Positions 46,982 to 55,586 of a stretch of DNA of 60,509 bases are shown one piece after another; position 1 is the stretch's first letter, and each line of letters starts with the position of its first letter. The notes beneath the pieces were generated by a model. That model was not told the DNA's origin. It searched no databases and saw only the letters and a program-made list of their open reading frames with translations. Made by a program: the position numbers and the translations under genes. The DNA is from an uncultured Nitrospinaceae bacterium (GTDB lineage: Bacteria; UBA8248): assembly GCA_964620535.1 (NCBI GenBank), contig CAZUHN010000237.1, forward strand, positions 1 through 60,509, in the 5' to 3' direction.

Positions 46982-47097
46982 TCCGGCTCCTCTTGGGACC
47001 TCTTGCTCTATTCGCGTCGGGCTTCGCGGAATCCTCCCGAAAAACCCAAAATAATGAACTGAGGCGCGCGGGTCCGTCAACGCCCCTCCGCCTTCGG

Positions 47098-47607
47098 CTA
47101 CCGCACGAAAACAGCCGAGGGGTGGCCCTCCAGCGGTGGGGGGAGTTCGGACCGCGGAAAACCGAAATAGCGACTGAATTTCAGGGTTTGAAAATGGACG
47201 AATCCCGCCTTGGTTATCCCCCTCCGCGAGGCGGTGTTTTCGGAGTCAACGAAAATCATGGCCCGGCTCAGGTCCAATCCCTGGGCGTATTCCAGCGCGC
47301 TCCGGAGAACGGCAGGATAGAGATTGTTCCCCCGCCAGGGGGCGAGCGTGAAGGCGTCGTACAGGTATATCTCGGCCGGGCCGGGCTGGACACTCATGTT
47401 GATCTCCTCGACCCCGACGATGCCGCGCGCCCCCCAAATGTAGCTTACGATCCCCCCCTCGTGCAGGGCGGCGAAGCACTTCTCTCCTCTTTCGAACCGG
47501 GATGAAGTGAGAAAATCACCCTCAACTTCCGCGATGAGATTGGAGTCGTCCGAGGCGCGGTCCAATACGTGAAGCTCCGTCTCGATGCGGCTTTCGGCCG
47601 GGGGCAT
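47098..47607 (-). CDS. GNAT-family N-acetyltransferase
   Basis: About 170 aa with the GNAT core YLYDAFTLAPWRGNNLYPAVLRSALEYA and ASRRGITKAGF. I chose the ATG at 47607, downstream of the upstream gene's stop. Confidence 0.7.
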   Translation of the reverse strand: MPPAESRIETELHVLDRASDDSNLIAEVEGDFLTSSRFERGEKCFAALHEGGIVSYIWGARGIVGVEEINMSVQPGPAEIYLYDAFTLAPWRGNNLYPAVLRSALEYAQGLDLSRAMIFVDSENTASRRGITKAGFVHFQTLKFSRYFGFPRSELPPPLEGHPSAVFVR

Positions 47608-47675
47608 AGCATTCGATAAAATGTGATCGTAAAGGCATAGTTCGATCTTTCTGAAGAAAAAAGAAAAAAGGAGGC

Positions 47676-48740
47676 TCAATCCGTGATTTCTCCCAGGGCG
47701 GTTTCGAGCGCGTCGAGGTAGGGCGCGAGTCGATCCGCCAGGTCCTCCGTGCCGGGAAGGGCGGCAAGGTGGCACTGGATGTGGGCGAGGGCGGGGGGAA
47801 TGTGGCGCAGGTACCTTGATGTACCGTGGGCCGTCTTCTGATGCGCGAAAGTGCCAATCGCCTTGAGGTTGCGCTGGAGGGCGGTCCAGGAAAGACGGGT
47901 CCGGAAGGTTTCAGCATCCGCAACGGCGGCGATTCCGGTTCGATCTATAAACCGCGTGATGAGCTCTTCGCGGAGGGAATCGGGCAGTGATACGTAGCTG
48001 TCGAAAACCAGAGAAGCGAGGTCGTAGGCGGCGGGACCGAGCCGGGCGTCCTGGAAGTCGAGCACGGTGAGATTGCCCCCTCCCCGTACCATGAGGTTCC
48101 GACTGTGGTAGTCCCGGTGGGTGAGGCGGAAGGGTTGGGAGCAGACAGCGCGGGCGAGGGCGCCGAAGGATTCATCAAAATCGCTTTTCCCGGCCGCCAT
48201 CTCCAATAGTTCGCCGAAGGCGTATTTCTGGGTGTGGTGTAGCTCCCGGACGAAGACGGCCTCGTCGAAGGCGTACCGCAGAGCCAGATGCGGAGAGGCG
48301 GGGTCCGGCGATTCCGCTCCCGCTTGGATGCTCGCCAGAAGGTCCACCGCTTCGAGATAATAGGGGCGAGCCCCTTCCCTTCCCTCCCTCTCCCAGAGCG
48401 CTTCGAGAGAAACCTCTCCCGCATCTTCGAGGAGGAGAACCCCGCAGGCCGGATCCGCCTCATAAAGGTGCGGGACGGGGGCGCCGATGATTTCGAAGTG
48501 GTTTCTAACGTTCAAGAAAGGGAGTTCGCCATCCGCAAAGGGTGCGGCGAGGATCATTCCAACGGAGGTGGGCGGAGCCGCGTCCGGATGATGGAGCCGG
48601 GCGTAGCGCCGGTCCGACGCGTCATCCGCAAGAGGGATGAGATCAGTCACCTCCACCCCGAAACGCGCCCGAACAAGCTTCCGCAGGCAGCCGATTACTT
48701 GGGAGTCGAATATCCCGGTTTCCGTCCCCGCCGGGATCAT
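47676..48740 (-). CDS. Aminoglycoside-phosphotransferase-fold kinase, AmgK (anomeric MurNAc/GlcNAc kinase)-like
   Basis: DDASDRRYARL, LTHRDYHSRNLMV (catalytic loop) and VLDFQDARLGPAAYDLASLV resemble AmgK-type sugar kinases. Confidence 0.72.
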   Translation of the reverse strand: MIPAGTETGIFDSQVIGCLRKLVRARFGVEVTDLIPLADDASDRRYARLHHPDAAPPTSVGMILAAPFADGELPFLNVRNHFEIIGAPVPHLYEADPACGVLLLEDAGEVSLEALWEREGREGARPYYLEAVDLLASIQAGAESPDPASPHLALRYAFDEAVFVRELHHTQKYAFGELLEMAAGKSDFDESFGALARAVCSQPFRLTHRDYHSRNLMVRGGGNLTVLDFQDARLGPAAYDLASLVFDSYVSLPDSLREELITRFIDRTGIAAVADAETFRTRLSWTALQRNLKAIGTFAHQKTAHGTSRYLRHIPPALAHIQCHLAALPGTEDLADRLAPYLDALETALGEITD

Positions 48741-49624
48741 ATTTTTCTCCTTCCCGCATACACACCGGGGGCGCGGGCGAGACAGGACAAGGTTTCGGAG
48801 TAGGTTTTTTCTTCCTTCCGGCGGATTTCAAAGGACCGGGGCCCCGAAAATCCGGCCTCCTCCAGCGATTCCCAAAGCGCGTTCCAGGGAAGGGCTCCCT
48901 CTCCCGGGATCAGGTGGCCGTCCTGTTTGCCGTCGTTGTCGTGCAAGTGGACGGCGGCGGCGAGAGGGACGAGGCGACGGAAGGCGGCGGCGGTCCGAGT
49001 TCCCTCCGTGAGAAGGGCATGGCCGGTGTCGAGGCACGCCCGCACCCGGGGGTGCGCGCACCCTTCCACAAACTGCGCTACGGCCTCCGGTCTTCCCAGC
49101 GGGGCCGGGACGTTTTCGATAGCGAGCACCATGTCCGCTTTCTCGGCGAAGGGGAGCAGCGCTTCCACGCTTTCGCGGAGATTTTCGAGTGCATCCTCCG
49201 ACCCCGATGGTGGCGGGCCGCCCGGATGGAGCACGGCGACCCGGGCGCCGAGGCCGCCGAAGGCCCTCATGGCGGTTTCGGTGCGCGCGACCGCCTCATG
49301 GCGGTGCGCCGAATCGGGGTGGGCAAAGCTGAGCCACTCCCCGGCGCGGGCCCTTTCAAAGTCACGGTAAAAGGGGGCGTGAAAGCTCACCGCTTCAAGG
49401 GAAAGAGAGTCCAGCCACTCCTTCAGCCGGGAAAGAGCCGGCCCTTCGGCCGCGTCGAAGTGGGGGGTCATCGCCCACAGTTCGAGGCGGTGGAAGCCCG
49501 CCTCGGCGACCGCCCGCAGGTGGCCGAAGGCGAGGGGCTCGCGCGCGAAAATGTGGGCGGAGATGCAAAACGGCGAAGTCAATGCGCAACCTTTTGGAGA
49601 AAAAAAGAGGGGGCCGGGCATCAA
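48737..49624 (-). CDS. Xylose-isomerase-like TIM-barrel protein (sugar phosphate isomerase/epimerase family)
   Basis: GFHRLELW, VAVLHPG, LAIENV, DTGHA and HLHDNDG are the typical AP_endonuc_2 / IolE-IolI-like metal-site pattern. Confidence 0.8.
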   Translation of the reverse strand: MMPGPLFFSPKGCALTSPFCISAHIFAREPLAFGHLRAVAEAGFHRLELWAMTPHFDAAEGPALSRLKEWLDSLSLEAVSFHAPFYRDFERARAGEWLSFAHPDSAHRHEAVARTETAMRAFGGLGARVAVLHPGGPPPSGSEDALENLRESVEALLPFAEKADMVLAIENVPAPLGRPEAVAQFVEGCAHPRVRACLDTGHALLTEGTRTAAAFRRLVPLAAAVHLHDNDGKQDGHLIPGEGALPWNALWESLEEAGFSGPRSFEIRRKEEKTYSETLSCLARAPGVYAGRRKI

Positions 49625-49743
49625 GTGGTCAATGACACACCCTTAAAACGCTTGAAATTATACGGCCCGCCCATAGGGCTGGCAATGCAGGGCGAAGGTC
49701 TACCCGAGAAGGCGAGGATGCCGGAATTTCTCCGATGATTTCA

Positions 49744-49773
49744 TTGACATACTCCACTCCTCTTCCCTAATAT
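49744..49773 (+). promoter_or_regulatory. Sigma-70-like promoter upstream of the FadR-type regulator
   Basis: TTGACA (49744-49749), an 18-nt spacer, then TAATAT (49768-49773). Confidence 0.5.
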
Positions 49774-49792
49774 TGGTCTGACCATCAGACCA
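49774..49792. promoter_or_regulatory. FadR/GntR-type palindromic operator
   Basis: In TGGTCTGACCATCAGACCA, TGGTCTGA and TCAGACCA form a perfect 8-bp inverted repeat. The nested TGGTC-T-GACCA fits the TGGT-Nx-ACCA theme of GntR/FadR operators. It lies immediately downstream of the -10. Confidence 0.55.
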
Positions 49793-49969
49793 TCAGGTTC
49801 CTGGCCTCCATCTCGATTGCGCGCTCGAGTTTTTTCCGCGGGTGCATCCGGCGGGTGCACCCCTTTTCCCGGAGGATGCTAGGCGGCGAGGGTGTTTGCC
49901 CGTGCCGCTTCGCTTTTGGATTCGGGTTGTGACGATTCTTGAGATCCAGAAGGTAAGGAGGTTCTCCCC

Positions 49970-50742
49970 TTGCTCCGCCCGGTAAAGCGCACTCGCCTCT
50001 ACGAGGATGTGGTCGCCCAAATCCAGCGCCTCGTTCGAACGAAAAAGCTGCCCCCGGGCGATCGGCTCCCCTCCGAGCGCGAGCTCGCGGCGGCCCTAGG
50101 GATTGGGCGCACCTCAGTCCGCGAGGCGCTCCGGACCTTGGACAGCATGGGCCTCATCGAGGTGCGGAGCGGCCAGGGCGCGTTTCTCTGCAACATCGGC
50201 CTCGACCCTTACCTTGCCACCATCCGGGAAAGCCTCTCCTTTTTGCTCGACGTAAAAGAGGAGTCCCTCGTGGAGCTGTGGGAGGTCCGCCAGGGGCTCG
50301 AGGAGCAGATCGCCCCGCTCGCGGCGCGGCGCCGCGAAGAGCCGCATCTCGCAAAGCTCCGCCGCCTCACCAAAGAGATGGGGAGGGCCTCGACGGCCCG
50401 GACACCGTTGTCCGCTCCGGGATTTCCTTCCACCGTACTCTGGCTGAGGCGGCGGGAAACGCGGTTCTCCTGACGGTTTGGGAGGCCATCGCCGGCCTCA
50501 TTGAAAAGAGCCAGCGCCGCATCGTGGGCATTCCCGGCCAGGCGGTCCAGGCCCTCGCCAAGCACGAGGCCCTGCTTCGCGCCGTCGAAGAGGGGGACGG
50601 CGCGGCGGCGCGGCGCGCCATGCAGGCGCACATGGAGGCCGAGGGGGACCATCTGCGCGTGTCCCTCGCGCTGCAAGGAAAAGAGGAGAAAAACGGGGAG
50701 GGAATGATAGAAAAAGAGAAGAAAGAAGCCAGAACGGCGTAA
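49970..50742 (+). pseudogene. GntR/FadR-family transcriptional regulator interrupted by a frameshift
   Basis: The N-terminal wHTH (LPSERELAAALGIGRTSVREALRTLDSMGLIEVRSGQGAFL) and the start of the FCD domain are in frame 49970. The rest of the FCD domain (ISFHRTLAEAAGNAVLL...ALAKHEALLRAVEEGD...AMQAHM) continues in the frame of ORF 50278..50742. The switch is near the G-runs at 50380-50387. Confidence 0.7.
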
Positions 50743-50839
50743 GGGGCCGCCCGGCGTCCGGGCTCTCCCCGCCGCTTGGCCGCCGAGGGACGATTCGTAT
50801 CCGTTCATCCAAGCCACCCCATCGTGGAAGGAGACAGCG

Positions 50840-52171
50840 ATGCAACAGGGTATTCCGTTGGATTTTCTGCAGAAGGAGCACTACCAGTCGCCCCGGCGCG
50901 TTTACAGCCAGACAGGGAGCGACTGGCAGCGGCGCGTCGACTTCGATCGGCTCCGGAATGACCGCCTCCAGCGCGCCAAGGACATGATGGAAAAGCACGA
51001 CATGGACGCCATCATCATGTTCAAGGGCGAGAACATCCGCTACACCTGCTCGGTCTATCAGGGAAACTGGAAGAACAATATCTTCATCCGCTACGCCGTC
51101 CTTTGCCGAGGGGCGAAGACCCCGGTTCTCTTCGAGACGGCGGGCTCGGACTTGGAGTGCGCCAAGATCGACGCGCCCTGGCTCGAAGGCAACATCCGCC
51201 CGGCCATCACTTGGAAGTGGTCGGAAACGGCTGAGCAGATGATGGTCAACCGCATGGTCGATTCGGTTATCGACGTCCTCAAGGAAGGCAACATTCCCCT
51301 CGACGGGCGGATCGGCATCGACATCATGGACTTCCAGGCTTATTCGGCCTTCACCGAAAAAGGAGTGAACCTCATCAACGCCTGGCCGGCGATGAGCGAG
51401 GCGCGCGTCGTCAAGACCCCCGAGGAGATCGAGCTTCTCAAGATCAGCTCCACCGTGGGTGACACCTGCATGTGGAAAATCCGGCACGAGTGGCTCAAGC
51501 CGGGCATCCGCGAGTGCGACATCACCGCCTGGGTGAACGAGCTGCTCTTCGCGGAGGGATTCGACTTCGTCTACGACATCATCGTTGCCTCGGGCGGGAA
51601 CACCAGCCCGTACCGCCGGTGGCACACCGACAAGATGATCCGCAACGGCGACCTCTTGGTCGTGGATATCAACGCCATCGGCCCCGGCGGCTATTTTGTC
51701 GATTACGTGCGCTGCTTCAAGGTGGGTGGAGACTGGACCAAGCGCGAAAAGAAGCTCTACCGCGAGGTGTACGACTCGATGTACGCCGGCCTGGAGCAAC
51801 TCAAGCCTGGCAAGACCTCGGAGGACGTCGCTTCGAAGTTCCCGCCCTACGCCGACGACAAATACGGCACCGTCACCCTCCAGCAGTTCGCCCACTCCAT
51901 CGGGCTTGACCTTTATGAGGGTATGTGGATCAGCCGGGCCTACAGCCTGGACTATCCGGCCGAGATCAAGGAGAACATGTACTTTGCCATCGAGACCTTC
52001 GCCGGCCATCCCGGCCTCCCGCAGACGGTGCGCCTTGAGGAGAACGTCCTCGTGGGGCCGGACGGCCCGATCGTCTTCACCGGGGCCGAGCACTACGACG
52101 AGTGCATCCAGGATTCGCAGTGGTTCGACTTCTCGGCGAAGTCCCGCGGCGAAGGAAGGGATGACGATTAG
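50840..52171 (+). CDS. M24-family metallohydrolase (creatinase/Xaa-Pro peptidase-like)
   Basis: An N-terminal creatinase/prolidase-like domain (MDAIIMFKGENIRYT) is followed by a pita-bread domain (DLLVVDINAIGPGGYFVDYVR, HSIGLDLYE, FAIETF). Confidence 0.8.
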   Translation: MQQGIPLDFLQKEHYQSPRRVYSQTGSDWQRRVDFDRLRNDRLQRAKDMMEKHDMDAIIMFKGENIRYTCSVYQGNWKNNIFIRYAVLCRGAKTPVLFETAGSDLECAKIDAPWLEGNIRPAITWKWSETAEQMMVNRMVDSVIDVLKEGNIPLDGRIGIDIMDFQAYSAFTEKGVNLINAWPAMSEARVVKTPEEIELLKISSTVGDTCMWKIRHEWLKPGIRECDITAWVNELLFAEGFDFVYDIIVASGGNTSPYRRWHTDKMIRNGDLLVVDINAIGPGGYFVDYVRCFKVGGDWTKREKKLYREVYDSMYAGLEQLKPGKTSEDVASKFPPYADDKYGTVTLQQFAHSIGLDLYEGMWISRAYSLDYPAEIKENMYFAIETFAGHPGLPQTVRLEENVLVGPDGPIVFTGAEHYDECIQDSQWFDFSAKSRGEGRDDD

Positions 52172-52302
52172 CGCAACTTCCCCCGCGACGCCGGCCGGAG
52201 CGCGGGCCGGGGGGGGGAATTTGGACGAGATCTTTCACACCCGATCCCTCGGCGGCGCGGCGCCCCCGCGGGACGGGCCAGCCCCAGGAAGGAGAAAGGG
52301 CG

Positions 52303-53523
52303 ATGAGCGAGCCCTGGAACACCGAGATGTGGTTTACCAGTCCCTGGAACTTCGACGGCGAAGTCCGGAAGCAGGTGAAGTTCGATCCGAACCCCCGGTT
52401 CCACGACGTGACCCTTCGGGACGGGGAGCAGCAAGCCGGAGTCATTTTCAGCAAGGACGACAAAATTAGAATCGCCGAGGCCTTGGCCGAGGTGGGGATC
52501 CACCGCATCGAGGCCGGCATGCCCGTCGTCTCGAAGTCTGACGAGGCGGCCATCCGGGAGATCGTCAAGCGCCTCGAGGGATCGGACACCCAGGTTTTCA
52601 GCTTTGCCCGCTGCATGGCGGACGACGTGAAGCGCTCCCTGGACACCGGCGTGAAGGGAATCGTGATGGAGGTGCCGAGTTCGACCCACATCATCGAGCG
52701 CGCCTACAAATGGGATCTCAACAAGGCCATCGACACCTCGGTGAAGGCCACCCAGTTCGCCAAGGAGAACGGCCTCTACGTCGTCTTCTTCCCCATCGAC
52801 TTCTCGCGCGCCCCGCTCGAATGGGTGCTGGACATGCTGAACAAGGTGGCGATCGAGGGGCACATGGACGCCCTCGCCATCGTGGACACCTTCGGCGGCC
52901 TCGCCCCCCACACCGTCGCCCACCTCATTAAGAAGATGCGCGAGGTGTTCCCGGACACCCCCTTCGAGCCCCACTTCCACGATGACTATGGAATGGGGGT
53001 GGCCAACACCCTCCTGGCAATGGCGGCGGGCTGCCAGGTGGCCCACACCTCGATCTCCGGCCTCGGCGAGCGGGCGGGCAACTGCGCCTACGAAGAGCTC
53101 GCCCTCGCCATGAGGACCATGTACGACGTGGACCCGGGGCTGAAGACGGAAAAGTTCGTCGAGGTCTCGCGGCTTACCCTTCAGATCGCGGGCGTCACAG
53201 TGGCCCCGAACCGCTGCGTTGTCGGGGAGGAGCTCTACGACATCGAGAGCGGCATCATCGTGAGCTGGCTCAAGAACGCGGGCAAGGATTTTCCTACCGA
53301 GCTCGTCCCCTTCTGCGCCGGCCTGGTGGGCCAGCGGGAGCCGCGCCCGGTCATCGGAAAAGGGAGCGGGATCGATTCCATCGCCTGGTTCCTCGAAGAG
53401 CTCGGGATCAAGGCTTCCCAAGAGGAGATGATGGCCCTCCTGCAGGACGTGAAGGAAAAATCCCTGGGCGAGAAGCGTCTCCTCAGCCTGGACGAGTTCA
53501 AGGAGTTGGCCGGGGCGAAGTAA
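52303..53523 (+). CDS. HMGL-like pyruvate carboxyltransferase-domain enzyme (isopropylmalate/homocitrate synthase family)
   Basis: FHDVTLRDGEQQAGVIF, HRIEAGMP, EPHFHDDYGMGVANTLLA and HTSISGLGERAGN are DRE-TIM metallolyase motifs. Confidence 0.85.
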   Translation: MSEPWNTEMWFTSPWNFDGEVRKQVKFDPNPRFHDVTLRDGEQQAGVIFSKDDKIRIAEALAEVGIHRIEAGMPVVSKSDEAAIREIVKRLEGSDTQVFSFARCMADDVKRSLDTGVKGIVMEVPSSTHIIERAYKWDLNKAIDTSVKATQFAKENGLYVVFFPIDFSRAPLEWVLDMLNKVAIEGHMDALAIVDTFGGLAPHTVAHLIKKMREVFPDTPFEPHFHDDYGMGVANTLLAMAAGCQVAHTSISGLGERAGNCAYEELALAMRTMYDVDPGLKTEKFVEVSRLTLQIAGVTVAPNRCVVGEELYDIESGIIVSWLKNAGKDFPTELVPFCAGLVGQREPRPVIGKGSGIDSIAWFLEELGIKASQEEMMALLQDVKEKSLGEKRLLSLDEFKELAGAK

Positions 53524-53550
53524 AAAAACGCTTCGGCGGGGCGCGAAACG

Positions 53551-53580
53551 GGGGGCGGCCGGTGCGCCGCCCCCTTTTTT
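53551..53580 (+). terminator. Rho-independent terminator
   Basis: GGGGGCGG (53551-53558) pairs with CCGCCCCC (53567-53574) across an 8-nt loop, followed by TTTTTT (53575-53580), about 28 nt after the stop of 52303..53523. Confidence 0.8.
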
Positions 53581-53723
53581 CCCCGCCTCTTTCGTATCGG
53601 CCGGAATAAAATGGGAGAATGGCGGGGAAGTGCAATAACCCGGGAAGCCCCGGTGAGCGTGCCGGACCCGGCGGGGGCGGGTTCCCGCCCCGGGCACCGC
53701 GGGGGTGGAGGGAGAGGTGTTCG

Positions 53724-54379
53724 ATGGCAAGGCGCCTGAACTATTGGGGCTGGGGCTTTGAGGGCGAGGCGGCGACGGGTGCCGAGCAGGTGGCGCTCGA
53801 AGCGGAGTGGGCCGGGCGTTTCGGGGTGGATGAATTTCAGGCGGCCCCGCCCCCCGCCCCCGGCGAGATAGACCTGCCCCCCCCCGCGTCCGGATGCCCG
53901 GCTCCGGCGCTAGGCCCAGCCCGGACCGGTTGTTCATCGGGTCGGAGGGGGCGATCGGAATCATCACCGAGGCGTGGATGCGGCTCTAGGACCGGCCCGT
54001 CCATCGCTCTTCGGCCTCGGTGTAGTTCAGGGATTTTTTCGCCGCCGCGGAGGCCGCGCGCGCCATTTCCCAATCTGGTCTGAACCCGGCGAACTGCCGA
54101 CTGTTCGACGCCGAGGAAGCCGGGATCTCGGGCAGCAACGACGGGACGGCCTTCGTCCTCGTGTTGGGCTTCGAGTCGGCGGACCACCCTCTCGGCCCCT
54201 GGATGGGGTGGGCGATCGAATGCTGCGCCGACCACGGAGGCGAGGAGGTCCGGGAGGAGGGCGGAAATGGGGGAGGCGGCCCGCGCGCCGGGGCGGCCGG
54301 CAGATGGTGAGCCGCCAAGCGGGTTTTGGACCTCAAGGGAATCTGGAACCCGGGCGTGCTGATCGACCCGGAGCCGTAA
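53724..54379 (+). pseudogene. Remnant of an FAD-linked oxidase (alkyl-DHAP-synthase/glycolate-oxidase-like) gene
   Basis: Family-typical pieces are scattered over three frames: N-terminal RLNYWGWGFE (frame of 53724), DRLFIGSEGAIGIITEAWMRL followed by TAG, then SQSGLNPANCRLFDAEEAG...VLVLGFES, and the C-terminal LKGIWNPGVLIDPEP-stop. The FAD-binding domain is missing. Confidence 0.65.
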
Positions 54380-54512
54380 CTCCGGGGGAAAGGCTTCTCG
54401 ATCTTCGCCCTTCGAGCCCAATGAAGGTATCATTGCTCAAACTGAAAGCCCGGGCGGAAAGACAGTTCTATGGCCGGGCTGTTCTTCCGGGACCCAAAAT
54501 GGATTTATTGCC

Positions 54513-55547
54513 ATGAAAGCCGCTCTTCTCGAAGCGCCCCGCAGGATGACGGTGGGCTCCCAGCCGGATCCGGCCCTTCCGGCCGGGCACGTCCTCGTGA
54601 AGGCGGCGGCCACCGCCATCTGCGGAACGGACGTCTCCATCTGGGCAGGCAAAATGCCCTCGTGCATGCCCCTGATCCCCGGCCACGAGTGTACCGGTGT
54701 CGTGGAGGATGCGGGCGGGGGCGTCTCCCTTTTAAAAAAAGGCGACCGGGTGCTCCTGAACCCCCTCGTCGCTTGCGGCACATGCCGCTACTGCCAGCGG
54801 GGGTTGATCAACCTGTGCTTGAATGGCGGCCTCCGCGGCCGTGAGGTGCCGGGCACCTTCGCCGAGTACAGCGTCGTCCACGAGACCGAGGCCTTCGTCA
54901 TTCCGGAGAACGTGAGCTTCGGGGGGGCGACGAATCTCGTCGGTCTCGCTACAGTGGTCTATTCCCAGCGCAAGGCGCCCTATATCCCCGGCGGGTGCGT
55001 CGCGATCCTGGGACAGGGGAACACTGGGCTGCTCCACACCCAGTTCGCTAAGGCATCGGGCGCGGCTTCGGTCATCGCCGTAACCCGGAGCAGGTGGAAG
55101 CTCGAGATGGCCCAGAAGATGGGGGCGGACCACATCGTCCCCGCCGGCGAGGAGAGCCCCGTCGAGGCCGTTCTCGGCCTGACAGAGGGCCTGGGCGCCC
55201 AGGTGGTGATTGAGACGGCGGGCTCGGCCGAGACCATGCGCCAGGCGCACGCGATGGTGCGCCCTGGCGGAGCGATCCTCCAATTCGGAATCGGCCCCGC
55301 CGCGGTGGACGGCATGCCCGGCCAAACCTACTACTTCAAGGACCTCACCGTCATCGGATCGCGTGCGTGCCTTGCTGAGGACTTCGAGCGCGCCGTCGAG
55401 ATCGTGGCGAAAGGACTGGTCGACATGGAGCCCATCGTGACCCACCGCTTCCCCCTGGAGGCCATCCAAGAAGGGTTCGAGTTCATCGAGGGCGGCGGGG
55501 ACGGCAGCACCCTGCGGGCGGTGGTGGGTATCAACGAGGCCGCCTGA
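54513..55547 (+). CDS. Zn-dependent alcohol dehydrogenase (MDR family, sorbitol/threonine DH-like)
   Basis: CGTDVSIWAG...PGHECTGVV is the catalytic Zn site, CGTCRYCQRGLINLC the structural Zn site, and ILGQGNTG the Rossmann motif. Confidence 0.88.
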   Translation: MKAALLEAPRRMTVGSQPDPALPAGHVLVKAAATAICGTDVSIWAGKMPSCMPLIPGHECTGVVEDAGGGVSLLKKGDRVLLNPLVACGTCRYCQRGLINLCLNGGLRGREVPGTFAEYSVVHETEAFVIPENVSFGGATNLVGLATVVYSQRKAPYIPGGCVAILGQGNTGLLHTQFAKASGAASVIAVTRSRWKLEMAQKMGADHIVPAGEESPVEAVLGLTEGLGAQVVIETAGSAETMRQAHAMVRPGGAILQFGIGPAAVDGMPGQTYYFKDLTVIGSRACLAEDFERAVEIVAKGLVDMEPIVTHRFPLEAIQEGFEFIEGGGDGSTLRAVVGINEAA

Positions 55548-55586
55548 TTCGGCGAGCGGGTACTTTTGCAAGGGCGGAGAAGGATT

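Noticed and set aside
50498-53967. Two long minus-strand ORFs (50498..52093, 531 aa; 52168..53967, 599 aa)
   Set aside because: They are antisense shadows of the M24 and HMGL-like genes. No motifs are recognisable, their composition is biased, and the plus-strand products have unambiguous family signatures.
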